The notes under the pieces are model-generated. The model saw only the letters and a list, made by a program, of their open reading frames with translations, was not told where the DNA came from and made no database searches. The translations under genes and the position numbers were made by a program. From Alphaproteobacteria bacterium (GTDB taxonomy: Bacteria > Pseudomonadota > Alphaproteobacteria > JAAXGF01): 64,000 nucleotides of DNA. Shown here piece after piece: positions 1 to 10,002 of the stretch. Within the stretch, counting starts at the first letter, position 1, and the number at the start of each line of letters is the position of its first letter. Location: contig CAUVXB020000001.1 in NCBI GenBank assembly GCA_963555825.3, positions 1,760,001 through 1,824,000 on the forward strand, in the 5' to 3' direction.

Positions 1-111
1 TCAGAATCCTTGTCGTCGGCGGCGTCTTGGAATGTCTGGGCCAAAGACGATTTCATCACACCGTTGGGTGCATATATGGCATAGGCCCGCGTGTCGGAAT
101 AATCGAAATCT

Positions 112-1561
112 GGCGATGTCCCTATCTCTGTTGAAATTCGTGGGGCAGGCGTCGCTGGTTGATGATGCTATGCTGCCTTCATGATGGTTTCAATGGCACT
201 GTCGGCCTGAGCCTTTCTCAAGTGTTCCTGGAGAGCATTTCGGAGGATGGGCAGCTGGCGATAGGCCTTGAGGCGACGGAAGGTTTTCTGGGCCTCCAGC
301 AGGCCGGCGGCGGTCCATCTGAGCGCCATCTCGGCGTGTCTCCAGCGTTTGACGTTGCGGGTGACCTGGCGCACCGTGCCGAGCGCGTTCTCGACGATGT
401 TGGTGCAGGCGAGCGAGCGCCGGAGTTCGTGCGGCAGGCCGAGGCGGATGACGGTGAGGATCTCGTCCAGCCCCTCCAGGATGCTGCCCGAGACGCCCGG
501 TTCCTCATGCTCCAGACGCCGGACCAGGTTGCGCAAGAGCCGCTCGGCCTTGTTTGCGTCGTCCTGGTCCCAGGCCTGACGGAGCGCCTTCTTGACGCTC
601 GCGTGCAAATGTTGGGGCAGGCGCTCGATGATGTTACGGCCCTTGTGGACCTGGCAGCGCTGGATGGCGGCGGCCACACCGAAGGTGTTTCGGATCGCTT
701 TGCTGAGTGCCTTCGCGCCATCGACGATGAACAGCCGCGGCAGTGTCGGATCGAGCCCCCTGGCGAGGAGATTGTCGATCAAGGCCTGGACGACGACCGT
801 GTTCTCCGTCGCCCCCTCGACCACGGCCAGGACATGCTTGTCGCCGTTGCCATCGACGCCGATCGCCGCCATCAGGACATGGTCGCCGACATGCAGACCG
901 TCGATCTGGATGACTAGCAGGTCGAGTTCCGAGAGATCCGAGGCGAGCCAGGCCTTCATCTTCTTGCGTGACAGCGCCACAAAGCGCCGGGAAACGGCCG
1001 ACTTCGAGGTGCCGTCGCCACGCGCTTTCGCCAGGTCGCCCTCGGGCAGACGGACCGCGCGGTGGTACTTGCGGGTCGACACGTTCAGCACCATCAGGTT
1101 GAGCGCCCACTCGAGCAGCAGGTTGCCATCGCGTAGCGCCTGCCAACTCTCCAAGCTCACCTCTTTGCCCGCCCGGTCACGAACCCGTGGCCGGGCCACC
1201 TTCACTTTGCCGCCGTGGTAGCCGATCTCGCTATGTGTCCTGCCCCAGCGATAACCTCGACGGTCCCCATGGCGGCGATGTCGGGCCCCGCACACGGTCG
1301 TGGCGTCCTCCTCCATCATCTCGGCCAAGGCCTCGACCCCGGCCAGAAGACAAAACCGATCCACGCTGAGATGGACTGCGTCCATCGCGTCCGCCAGCGG
1401 CGGCATAGGAATCGAGGGGGCAAGGGCTTTCGGGCGGCTGGAACTACGGATATTATTTCCCATGGTGTCGTTCTCCCTTTTGGGTTTGCAGCACCCGGAG
1501 CCTAACGGCTCCAGGAGAGCGACACCTACCTCAACTTTTCAACATCGACCGGGACATCCCC
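112..1561 (-). mobile_element. IS256-family element (type A), complete
   Basis: Imperfect terminal IRs GGCGATGTCCCTATCTCTGTTGAAA / TTTCAACATCGACCGGGACATCCCC around a Mutator-type transposase; flanks show no TSD. Confidence 0.85.
168..1463 (-). CDS. IS256-family transposase
   Basis: 431 aa; IQIDG, FIVDGAKAL, QRCQVHK, TNIVEN motifs. Confidence 0.9.
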   Translation of the reverse strand: MGNNIRSSSRPKALAPSIPMPPLADAMDAVHLSVDRFCLLAGVEALAEMMEEDATTVCGARHRRHGDRRGYRWGRTHSEIGYHGGKVKVARPRVRDRAGKEVSLESWQALRDGNLLLEWALNLMVLNVSTRKYHRAVRLPEGDLAKARGDGTSKSAVSRRFVALSRKKMKAWLASDLSELDLLVIQIDGLHVGDHVLMAAIGVDGNGDKHVLAVVEGATENTVVVQALIDNLLARGLDPTLPRLFIVDGAKALSKAIRNTFGVAAAIQRCQVHKGRNIIERLPQHLHASVKKALRQAWDQDDANKAERLLRNLVRRLEHEEPGVSGSILEGLDEILTVIRLGLPHELRRSLACTNIVENALGTVRQVTRNVKRWRHAEMALRWTAAGLLEAQKTFRRLKAYRQLPILRNALQEHLRKAQADSAIETIMKAA

Positions 1562-2098
1562 GCGCCAGGTCGGCTGGTCTTCATCGATGAGACCTGGGTG
1601 AAGACGAACATGACGCGGCGCCATGGCCGCGCGCAACGGGGCCAGCGTTTGGTCGCCAAGGCGCCGTACGGGCGGTGGCGCACGCTGACCTTCCTGGCCG
1701 CCTTGCGCGTCGATCGGATCGACGCGCCCCTGGTGCTCGATGGGCCGATCAACGGCCGCGCCTTCACCGCCTATGTCGAGCAATTCCTGGTGCCGACCTT
1801 GGCGCCGGGCGACATCGTCATCATGGACAATCTCGGTTCCCACAAGGGAAAGGCCGTACGCCGCGCCATCCGCGCCGCCGGCGCCAAACTGCTGTTCCTA
1901 CCGCCTTACTCGCCCGACTTGAACCCCATCGAGCAGGTCTTCTCCAAGCTCAAGACCCTGATGCGAAAGGCCGCCGAACGAACCGTCGAGGACACCTGGC
2001 GACGCGTCGGCAAGCTGCTCGACCAGTTCACCGCCCGAGAATGCGCCAACTACATCAGCAACGCCGGATATGCTTCAATCTAAAACAGTCACGCTCTA
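1562..2098 (+). pseudogene. IS630-family element, 5'-truncated (DDE_3 half only)
   Basis: Nearly identical to the 3' half of the complete copy at 47193-48245; FIDET...MDNL...YSPDLNPIE; cut by the adjacent IS256. Confidence 0.85.
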
Positions 2099-2299
2099 AT
2101 CTGAATTCTGAGCATACCCCCAACCCGAGTGCTCGACCCTCGCCACCGGGAGTTATGGCGGGCTGTCGTCTGGCCTGCATGCCCGTCATCGTAACGCAAC
2201 CGGCCGGATTCCAACCCGGGTCCTCGATTGTCGGCAGTAGTCGGCATCCCGGTCAATATACCCGCTGGCGCACCGCCCCGCGGCGCCTGCCGGAAGCCT

Positions 2300-4609
2300 C
2301 TACAGCCATCCCCGTTCGCGAAACGCGGCAAGATCCACGCCGGGCGGCGCATACCAGCCGTCCGTCCCGTATCGGGCGCCCAGGCCGAACGCCAGTTCCT
2401 TGTTTCCGTATGGAATCCGAAGCGGCGTCCCCGACCCGGCAGCCGGCTGCGGGGTTCCTGACGACCCATCTGTTTCGTCGCGTCCGGATTTTCGCTGCCG
2501 CGGCGTCCCCGGCTGCATTGCCCTCTTGCCGGACCGGGCAGTTCCGGTGTTCCCGGGCTTTCCACCCGCTGAGGCGCCGGAAGCCGGCCCGCTCGCAGGA
2601 GACTCGGCTTTCTGTGGCCGGCTCTGCCCGGGTGCATGCCGGTCGAGGAATACCCGGCAGACTGCCGCCGATTTCGTGTAGCCCCTGGGTGGCTTGATGC
2701 CCTTCCGCTTCGCGATCGACGCCGCATATTTCCTCATCGCCGCCGTCGGCGGCCGGTCCCCGCCGCCCGGTGCGTCTCCCGGGACCAGCGTTTCACCGTC
2801 ATCGCCCCGCGCCGCGAGACTGCCGATGATGCGGCGGGCAGAGTCGCAGACCGCATCGATGGCGCCCATCATTTCCTGCCTGCCGGTCAGGACATCGTCG
2901 AGCAGGCACTCCATCTCCGCCGTCACGCCCGGATCGACCAGCGCCGGATCGGCGCGTTCGAGAACCCCGAACAGACCGAGCCCCCGTTCCGTCGGCACGA
3001 CGTTCTTGCCCTGCGCCGCCAGGAACCCCTGCTTCTTCAGCCCGGAGATGATTTCCGCCCGGGTCGCCGGCGTGCCGATCCCCTTCGCCTCCCGGAGCCG
3101 GTCGCGCAGGGCCTCGTCGTCTACGAACCGCCACGCGTTCTGCATTGCCTCGATCAGGGTGCCCTCCCCGTAGCGGGGCGGCGGCCGGGTCTCCTTGTCC
3201 TCGATCGCGGGATCGCGCAGCCGCGCGGTCTCGCCGTCGCCCAATGCCGGCAGCGCCTGCGCCGCCTCGCCCTTCTCCTCGTCAGGCCGCCAGTCCGGAA
3301 AGGCGTCGCGCCAGCCGGCGTCGATCGGCTGGCGTCCCGCCGCACGGAACTCGAAGCCGCGGACGTCCAGCGTCACCGTGGTCTGCCGGTAGCGATAGTC
3401 CGGCATCACCGCCGCCAGGTAGGACCGCGCGACCGCGTCGAACAGCTTCTTCTCGTCCGGCGTGAGACGGGGCCAGATTTCTCTCAGGCCGTCGATCGTG
3501 TTCACGTTGGGGACAATCGCGTGATGGCTTGCCCCCTCCAGTCCCTTGTCGTGGAAGGCGCCGTTCCGGCCCTTGCGGATCGCCGGCGGCGACGGCGCCG
3601 GAATGGCGGCGTAGGACCGGCCCACCCGCAGCCCGGCGACGATCTTCGGGACGTCCGCGATGGCGCTCTCGGGCAGATAGCGGACCTCGGCGCGCGGGTA
3701 GGTCAGGATCTTCTTGCCGTCGCCGTCATAGAGTTCCTGGGCGACGTCCAGCGTCTTCGTAGCCGGCCAGCCGAAGCGCGTGCTGCACAGCTTCTGCAGA
3801 GAGGGCAGGTCGTGCAGCCGCGGCGGGCGCTGCCGCCTGTCCTCGACCCGCACCGCGAGCGGACCCTCGAAATCCCGCGCCGCCTCGAGGACCGCCTGCG
3901 CCCTTGCGCGCTCGACGATCCGCCCCTTCGGCGCGTGCCGCATCCCGAACGCCCCGCCCTCGGCATGCGCCGTGGCCACCACCTCGAAATACCCGACCGG
4001 CACGAAGTCGCGGATCTCGATCTCGCGCCGGCACGCGATCGCCAGGGTCGGGGTCTTGACCCGGCCGATGCCGATCACGCCCTCTGCGCCCCGGCCGAGC
4101 GTCACCGTCGCCGTCCGGGTCAGCGACAGGTTGTAGATCTGGTCGGCCTGCCGGCGCGCCACCGCCGCCGCGTAGAGCCGGGCGTGCTCTTCGTTGGGCC
4201 GGGCGCGCCGAAACGCCATGCGGATGGTCTCCGGGTCCTGCGCCGTGAACAGCACCCGCATCGCCACGCCCCGGTAGCGGCAATGCTCCAGGATATCCTG
4301 GCCGATCAGCTGGCCCTCCCGGTCGCAGTCGGTGGCGAGCCAGACCCGGTCCGCCGTCTCCAGCGCCGCCCGGATCGCCTTCAGCTTCGCCGCCTTGTTG
4401 CCGCCCGTCGCCGGTTTGGTGCCGTACAGTCCGTCGGGCCGCAGCAGTTCCGTCGACCAGCGCTTCCATGCCGGGTTGACGTCCTCGGGCTCGCACAGGT
4501 CGAGCAGGTGCCCTTCCGCCGCAAGAACGGTTCCGTAGCGCGAGCCGACCGCGGCGCGCACATCCCTGGCCTGGCTCGCCTTCTCGGTAATCACGACCTG
4601 GCGGGTCAC
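2300..4609 (-). CDS. topB: Type IA DNA topoisomerase (topoisomerase III-like) with short C-terminal DUF5710-like domain
   Basis: TOPRIM ITEK...ATDCDREG, GRVKTPTL, active-site LTYPR, GIGTPATRA; C-terminal IPYGNKE..GARY...GWYAP. Confidence 0.88.
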   Translation of the reverse strand: MTRQVVITEKASQARDVRAAVGSRYGTVLAAEGHLLDLCEPEDVNPAWKRWSTELLRPDGLYGTKPATGGNKAAKLKAIRAALETADRVWLATDCDREGQLIGQDILEHCRYRGVAMRVLFTAQDPETIRMAFRRARPNEEHARLYAAAVARRQADQIYNLSLTRTATVTLGRGAEGVIGIGRVKTPTLAIACRREIEIRDFVPVGYFEVVATAHAEGGAFGMRHAPKGRIVERARAQAVLEAARDFEGPLAVRVEDRRQRPPRLHDLPSLQKLCSTRFGWPATKTLDVAQELYDGDGKKILTYPRAEVRYLPESAIADVPKIVAGLRVGRSYAAIPAPSPPAIRKGRNGAFHDKGLEGASHHAIVPNVNTIDGLREIWPRLTPDEKKLFDAVARSYLAAVMPDYRYRQTTVTLDVRGFEFRAAGRQPIDAGWRDAFPDWRPDEEKGEAAQALPALGDGETARLRDPAIEDKETRPPPRYGEGTLIEAMQNAWRFVDDEALRDRLREAKGIGTPATRAEIISGLKKQGFLAAQGKNVVPTERGLGLFGVLERADPALVDPGVTAEMECLLDDVLTGRQEMMGAIDAVCDSARRIIGSLAARGDDGETLVPGDAPGGGDRPPTAAMRKYAASIAKRKGIKPPRGYTKSAAVCRVFLDRHAPGQSRPQKAESPASGPASGASAGGKPGNTGTARSGKRAMQPGTPRQRKSGRDETDGSSGTPQPAAGSGTPLRIPYGNKELAFGLGARYGTDGWYAPPGVDLAAFRERGWL

Positions 4610-6465
4610 CGCGTGCCCTCCGCGGAGGGCACGCCGTCACCCGTATCGGGCAGGGCAGCCTCGATCGCGGCCAGGAACGGCCCTGCGAACCGCTTCAGCT
4701 TGGCCGCGCCGACGCCGTTGACCGCGGCGAACTCCGCCTCGCTGCGCGGCCGCCGCCGCGCCATGTCGATCAGGGCGCGGTCCGGAAACACGACATAGGC
4801 GGGCACCCCGCGTTCCCGCGCGAGGGCGAGCCGGAGCGCCTTCAGCACGGCCAGCAGCGCCGCCTCGCCGGCGTCCGGCGGCAGGTCCTCCGCCCGCTCC
4901 CCTTCCCAGGCCCGGGCCTCCCGTTTCGGCGCCTTCCTGCGCACGATCACGGTGTCTTCGCGGTACAGGAATACGCCCTCGCCGCGCAGCAGGTCGCGGC
5001 CCTTGTCGGTGATGCCGAGCCCGCCATAGCCCGCGATGTCGAGGCGCAGATCCCCGGTCGCCACCATCTGGCGGACCAGCGAGCGCCATTCGTTCTTGCC
5101 CCGGTCCGCGCCCACCCCGAAGGTCGGCAGGCGGTGATGCCCGAAGCGCGCGATCTTCTCCGTCTCCGCCCCCCGCAGGAGGTCGATCACGTGCGCCGCG
5201 CCGAAGCGTTCCCCGGACCGGTAAACCGCCGACAGGATCTTTCGGGCATCCTCCGTGCCGTCGATGCGCTCCGACGGGTCGAGGCAGACATCGCAGTTGC
5301 CGCAGGCCTCGATCGCCTCCCCGAAATACTCCAGCAGCGCCGTCCGCCGGCAGGCCGGCGCCTCGCAGTAGCCGAGCAGCGCATCCAGGCGCTTGTGCTC
5401 GCGCCTCTTGCGGTCCGGGCCCGCATCCTCGTCCTCGATGAACTGCCGGCGCATCCGGATGTCCGGCAGCCCGTAGAGCATGTGCGCCTCGGCCGGCGCC
5501 CCGTCGCGCCCGGCCCGGCCGATCTCCTGGTAGTAGGCCTCGACGCTGCCCGGCAGGTCGCTATGGAACACATAGCGCACGTCGGCCTTGTCGATCCCCA
5601 TGCCGAAGGCGATCGTGGCGACGATGACCACCCCCGGCTCGGTCATGAAGAGGTTCTGGTGCGCCTCCCGGTCCGCCGCATCCATGCCGGCGTGGTAGGG
5701 CAGCGCCCGGACCCCGTCCGCGGCCAGCAGCGCCGCCGCCTCTTCGGTCTTCCGGCGCGACAGGCAGTAGACGATGCCGCTCTTGCCGTCATGGCGGGCG
5801 ACGAAGTCGCGCAACTGCCGCTTCCAGTCCCGCTTCATCGCCACCGCGAGCCGGATGTTCGGGCGGTCGAACCCGAGCACGAACTGTTCGACCGCGCCGC
5901 CGAACAGCCTGTCCGCGATGTCGTCCCGGGTCACCTCGTCGGCGGTCGCCGTCAGCGCGGCGAGGGGAACGCCGGGAAAGAGGTCCCGCAGCCGGCACAG
6001 GTCGGCGTATTCCGGCCGGAAGGCCGGGCCCCATTGCGAGATGCAATGCGCCTCGTCGATGGCGAACAGCCTGACCGGCAAGCGCTTCAGCGCCCCCAGC
6101 ATGCGCTCGGTCATCAGCCGTTCCGGGGCCATGTAGAGCAGCCGCGTCCCGCCCGCCTCAACCCGGCGCCAGGCGGCCAGGTTCCGGTCGCGGCCGTTCC
6201 CCGAATGGATGCCGTCCGCCGCGACGCCCGCGAGCCTGAGCGCCGCCACCTGGTCCCGCATCAGCGCGACCAGCGGCGATACCACGACCGTCAGCCCGTC
6301 CATGATCAGTGCCGGGATCTGGAAGCACAGCGACTTGCCGGATCCCGTCGGCATCACCGCAAGCGCGTTGCCCCCCGCCAGCAGGGCCTCGATCACCCTC
6401 TCCTGACCCGGACGGAACGCCGCGAACCCGAACACTTCCGCCAGGATCCGGCGTGCGGCCGTCAT
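4606..6465 (-). CDS. recQ: ATP-dependent DNA helicase RecQ
   Basis: MPTGSGKS, DEAHCISQWG, ATIAFGMGIDK, QEIGRAGRDG, Zn CGNCDVC, RQC and HRDC regions; 4-bp overlap with topB. Confidence 0.95.
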   Translation of the reverse strand: MTAARRILAEVFGFAAFRPGQERVIEALLAGGNALAVMPTGSGKSLCFQIPALIMDGLTVVVSPLVALMRDQVAALRLAGVAADGIHSGNGRDRNLAAWRRVEAGGTRLLYMAPERLMTERMLGALKRLPVRLFAIDEAHCISQWGPAFRPEYADLCRLRDLFPGVPLAALTATADEVTRDDIADRLFGGAVEQFVLGFDRPNIRLAVAMKRDWKRQLRDFVARHDGKSGIVYCLSRRKTEEAAALLAADGVRALPYHAGMDAADREAHQNLFMTEPGVVIVATIAFGMGIDKADVRYVFHSDLPGSVEAYYQEIGRAGRDGAPAEAHMLYGLPDIRMRRQFIEDEDAGPDRKRREHKRLDALLGYCEAPACRRTALLEYFGEAIEACGNCDVCLDPSERIDGTEDARKILSAVYRSGERFGAAHVIDLLRGAETEKIARFGHHRLPTFGVGADRGKNEWRSLVRQMVATGDLRLDIAGYGGLGITDKGRDLLRGEGVFLYREDTVIVRRKAPKREARAWEGERAEDLPPDAGEAALLAVLKALRLALARERGVPAYVVFPDRALIDMARRRPRSEAEFAAVNGVGAAKLKRFAGPFLAAIEAALPDTGDGVPSAEGTR

Positions 6466-6514
6466 CGCGCCCTCCGGCGGCCGGGCCGGCGCGCGCCGGA
6501 GACCGGTTCGCGCG

Positions 6515-6832
6515 TCAAGCGACGGCCCCGAGACCGTAATTCGCGACCAGCGTCAGAAGCTTCAGCGAAGCGCCGCGCGGGCGTTTCTCGCCCCGTTCCC
6601 ACTGGCTCACCAGGCCCGTCGTCAGGTTGAGGTAACGGGCGAACACCGCCTGGCTCGCATTCTCCCGCATCCCAAGCGCGCGGATCTTCTCCGGCGTCAT
6701 CTCCTCGACCGGCGTCAGGCACATCTCGTCGAATGCCTTCATGGTCCGTTTCGCCATCGCACCGGCCTCCGCCAGGCCCCGCGCGGTCTCGTGCGCGGCT
6801 GCCAGCGCGCCGCTCCTGTACCGTTTACCCAT
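6515..6832 (-). CDS. XRE-family HTH regulator, HigA/YiaG-like antitoxin
   Basis: SQAVFARYLN...VSQWERGEKRP.GASLKLL HTH_3 signature; GGAG RBS upstream of ATG 6832. Confidence 0.8.
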   Translation of the reverse strand: MGKRYRSGALAAAHETARGLAEAGAMAKRTMKAFDEMCLTPVEEMTPEKIRALGMRENASQAVFARYLNLTTGLVSQWERGEKRPRGASLKLLTLVANYGLGAVA

Positions 6833-6877
6833 CGCGGATCGTCTCCCCTGACCGCATCGCACAATGTTGCATCCGGT

Positions 6878-7016
6878 TGGCCTGCCCCCATTCTATGTAC
6901 CAGTTTCTATGTTAGTCCTGGCACGGTTTCTGGGAAGGGCTGATCCGGCTGTAGCCCATCAATAGCGAAGGCCGGATCAGTCCGTTTGGGCACGATGGTC
7001 TGTGGTGCCGGGGGTG
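6878..7016 (-). mobile_element. IS3-family right-end remnant
   Basis: Reverse complement of the right end of the IS3 at 40063-41226 (TGGCCTGCCCCCATTC...), fused to an IS256 fragment. Confidence 0.85.
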
Positions 7017-8030
7017 CAACCTGCTGCTCGAGTGGGCGCTCAACCTGATGGTGCTGAACGTGTCGACCCGCAAGTACCACCGCGCGGTCCGTCTGCCCGA
7101 GGGCGACCTGGCGAAAGCGCGTGGCGACGGCACCTCGAAGTCGGCCGTTTCCCGGCGCTTTGTGGCGCTGTCACGCAAGAAGATGAAGGCCTGGCTCGCC
7201 TCGGATCTCTCGGAACTCGACCTGCTAGTCATCCAGATCGACGGTCTGCATGTCGGCGACCATGTCCTGATGGCGGCGATCGGCGTCGATGGCAACGGCG
7301 ACAAGCATGTCCTGGCCGTGGTCGAGGGGGCGACGGAGAACACGGTCGTCGTCCAGGCCTTGATCGACAATCTCCTCGCCAGGGGGCTCGATCCGACACT
7401 GCCGCGGCTGTTCATCGTCGATGGCGCGAAGGCACTCAGCAAAGCGATCCGAAACACCTTCGGTGTGGCCGCCGCCATCCAGCGCTGCCAGGTCCACAAG
7501 GGCCGTAACATCATCGAGCGCCTGCCCCAACATTTGCACGCGAGCGTCAAGAAGGCGCTCCGTCAGGCCTGGGACCAGGACGACGCAAACAAGGCCGAGC
7601 GGCTCTTGCGCAACCTGGTCCGGCGTCTGGAGCATGAGGAACCGGGCGTCTCGGGCAGCATCCTGGAGGGGCTGGACGAGATCCTCACCGTCATCCGCCT
7701 CGGCCTGCCGCACGAACTCCGGCGCTCGCTCGCCTGCACCAACATCGTCGAGAACGCGCTCGGCACGGTGCGCCAGGTCACCCGCAACGTCAAACGCTGG
7801 AGACACGCCGAGATGGCGCTCAGATGGACCGCCGCCGGCCTGCTGGAGGCCCAGAAAACCTTCCGTCGCCTCAAGGCCTATCGCCAGCTGCCCATCCTCC
7901 GAAATGCTCTCCAGGAACACTTGAGAAAGGCTCAGGCCGACAGTGCCATTGAAACCATCATGAAGGCAGCATAGCATCATCAACCAGCGACGCCTGCCCC
8001 ACGAATTTCAACAGAGATAGGGACATCGCC
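7017..8030 (+). pseudogene. IS256 type A, 5'-truncated copy
   Basis: Matches the 3' portion of 112-1561 in inverted orientation; ends at IR ...GGGACATCGCC. Confidence 0.9.
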
Positions 8031-8334
8031 ACGCCGCCTAACGGCGCGTCGTCACGCACATAGACCCTGGCCCGCCCCGTGTCGGTCTTGCCCCTGGCCA
8101 GAACCGCGAAGGCTGCGTGCATGGTGCCGTCTCCTTCGTGCCGAGTGCCCGGGAACAGCGGGGATGTCCTCTTCCGGACATCTATCCGCCGCCCCGCTCA
8201 CGGCCAAGCCCGTCCTCACGGCGGCGCACGGCGCGTCTGTGGAGGCCACGGCGAGGCACTTTGGTTACGGAAGACGGCGGCTCAGCGGGCGCAGTGCGCG
8301 CGCGTAGGCGCGGAAGCGGCTGGGGGTGGGTGCT

Positions 8335-9473
8335 GGTCGTGTCCCAGGACGTGGTGTAGGAGTTGTTGGAGCCTCTGGTAGCTGTGGGTAGGCGGCTTGC
8401 CGTAGCGACCGCCGAGAGTCTGGCGTAGGCAAGCCGGCTATCCACAGCGGAGGCCATCGCGGTTCCGGTTTAGGGTTGGGCTAGTGCGAACCAACCTGAC
8501 CCGAAGGAGAACCACGATGACCCAGGACATGATGACCCTACGCGCGCTTTTGGAGAAGAGCTCCGATGCCGATCTGCTTCGCGAGATGATCGGCTTCACG
8601 GCCGAGCGGCTGATGGCACTGGAGGTCGAGGGCCTGACCGGCGCCGCTCACGGCGAGAGCTCGGCGGATCGTATCACCCACCGCAACGGCTACCGCGACC
8701 GGTCCTGGGAGACCCGGGCCGGCACGGTCGAGCTGAAGATCCCGAAGCTGAGGAAGGGGAGCTACTTCCCGGGCTTCCTGGAGCCGCGGCGGATGGCCGA
8801 GAAGGCGCTGGCTGCGGTGATCCAGGAGGCCTACATCCAGGGCGTGTCGACCCGCTCGGTCGACGATCTGGTTCAGGCGATGGGGATGTCGGGCGTCTCC
8901 AAGAGCCAGGTCTCCAGGCTGTGCGGCGAGATCGACGATAAGGTCAACGGCTTCCTCGATCGATCGCTGGAGGGCGACTGGCCCTATCTGTGGCTGGATG
9001 CGACTTATGTGAAGGTGCGCCAGACCGGACGCATCGTCTCGGTCGCGGTGACCGTGGCTGTGGCCGTCAACGACCAAGGCCGCCGCGAGGTCCTGGGCAT
9101 GGCGATCGGCGCGTCGGAGGCCGAGACCTGCTGGACTGAGTTCCTGCGCTCGCTGGCCCGGCGCGGGCTGCGCGGCGTGAAGCTGGTGATCTCCGACGAC
9201 CACAAGGGCCTGAAGGCCGCCGCGACCCGGATCCTCGGCGCCACCTGGCAAAGATGCCGCGTGCACTTCGCCCGCAACCTGCTGGCCCATGCCGGCCGCC
9301 AGGGTCGGCGCGTCGTCTCCGCCTTCGTCGCCACCGCCTTCGCCCAGGAGGACGCCGACAGCGCGAAGGTCCAGTGGCGTCAGGTCGCCGACCAGCTCAG
9401 GCCCAAGGTCCCCAAGCTCGCCGCCCTGATGGACGAAGCCGAGCACGACGTCCTCGCCTACATGAGCTTCCCC
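8335..9473 (+). pseudogene. IS256-family element (type B), 3'-truncated transposase
   Basis: Left end GGTCGTGTCCCAGGACGTGGTGTAG; [20 protein letters not shown] motifs; homology stops at YMSFP before the final catalytic E. Confidence 0.8.
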
Positions 9474-9657
9474 AACCTCCGCCCCGCCTGCGATGCGCAT
9501 GTTCATGCTTCATTTGCTAGGACGGTCGCACACGGATGCAGAACGCCATCTAACCCATTAAAATTACATACTGCCTTGTACCGCAAGGCATCACCGCCCG
9601 ATGCCCCGTCATCGTACCGCAATCGGCCTGTTTCAATCTCAGGTCCCTAGTTGGCAT

Positions 9658-9717
9658 CTCCTGTCCGGCGCCTGTTTCGCCGACCATGGCCATTCCGTGA
9701 CGTGCGTCGACACGAAT
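9658..9717 (+). pseudogene. N-terminal fragment of UDP-glucose 6-dehydrogenase
   Basis: LLSGACFADHGHSVTCVDTN resembles the Ugd N-terminal SGACFAD.GH.V.CVD. Confidence 0.55.
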
Positions 9718-9814
9718 CACGTGAGGATAGGCACAGGTCGCGACCAGCACCTCGATCCCGCGTCGTTGCAGCACCGCGACCTCTGCACCGGGTGTGGGTC
9801 TGGTATGGAAAATC

Positions 9815-9827
9815 TAAGTCATTGATT
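9815..9827 (-). promoter_or_regulatory. IHF-consensus site in the ISKra4-like left end
   Basis: Minus strand AATCAATGACTTA matches WATCAANNNNTTR; also present in copy 2. Confidence 0.4.
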
Positions 9828-10002
9828 TAGTGCGTTTTTTGTGTCGAGACGAACGGCCGAAATCGGCTATTCGTGACAATGGGCCGCTCCAAGGCAGGAT
9901 TTTGTTACGACGGCAGGGTCGAGCAGGGGAAGGTGGGAACGCTCCGCACCGCCAGAAGCGGTACGATGCCGTGTCTCGAAACCCAACATCGGGAGCATTC
10001 CC

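Noticed and set aside
2636-6630. Long plus-strand ORFs (720 and 498 aa)
   Set aside because: Antisense shadows of GC-rich topB and recQ; Arg/Pro-rich with no motifs
112-8030. Composite transposon of inverted IS256 copies carrying topB-recQ
   Set aside because: Outer flanks (CGAAATCT / ACGCCGCC) show no TSD and the right copy is a truncated fusion; no evidence it moved as a unit
8031-8334. Possible additional IS end or small RNA (GGATGTCC..GGACATC)
   Set aside because: Only a short inverted repeat with no partner end or ORF
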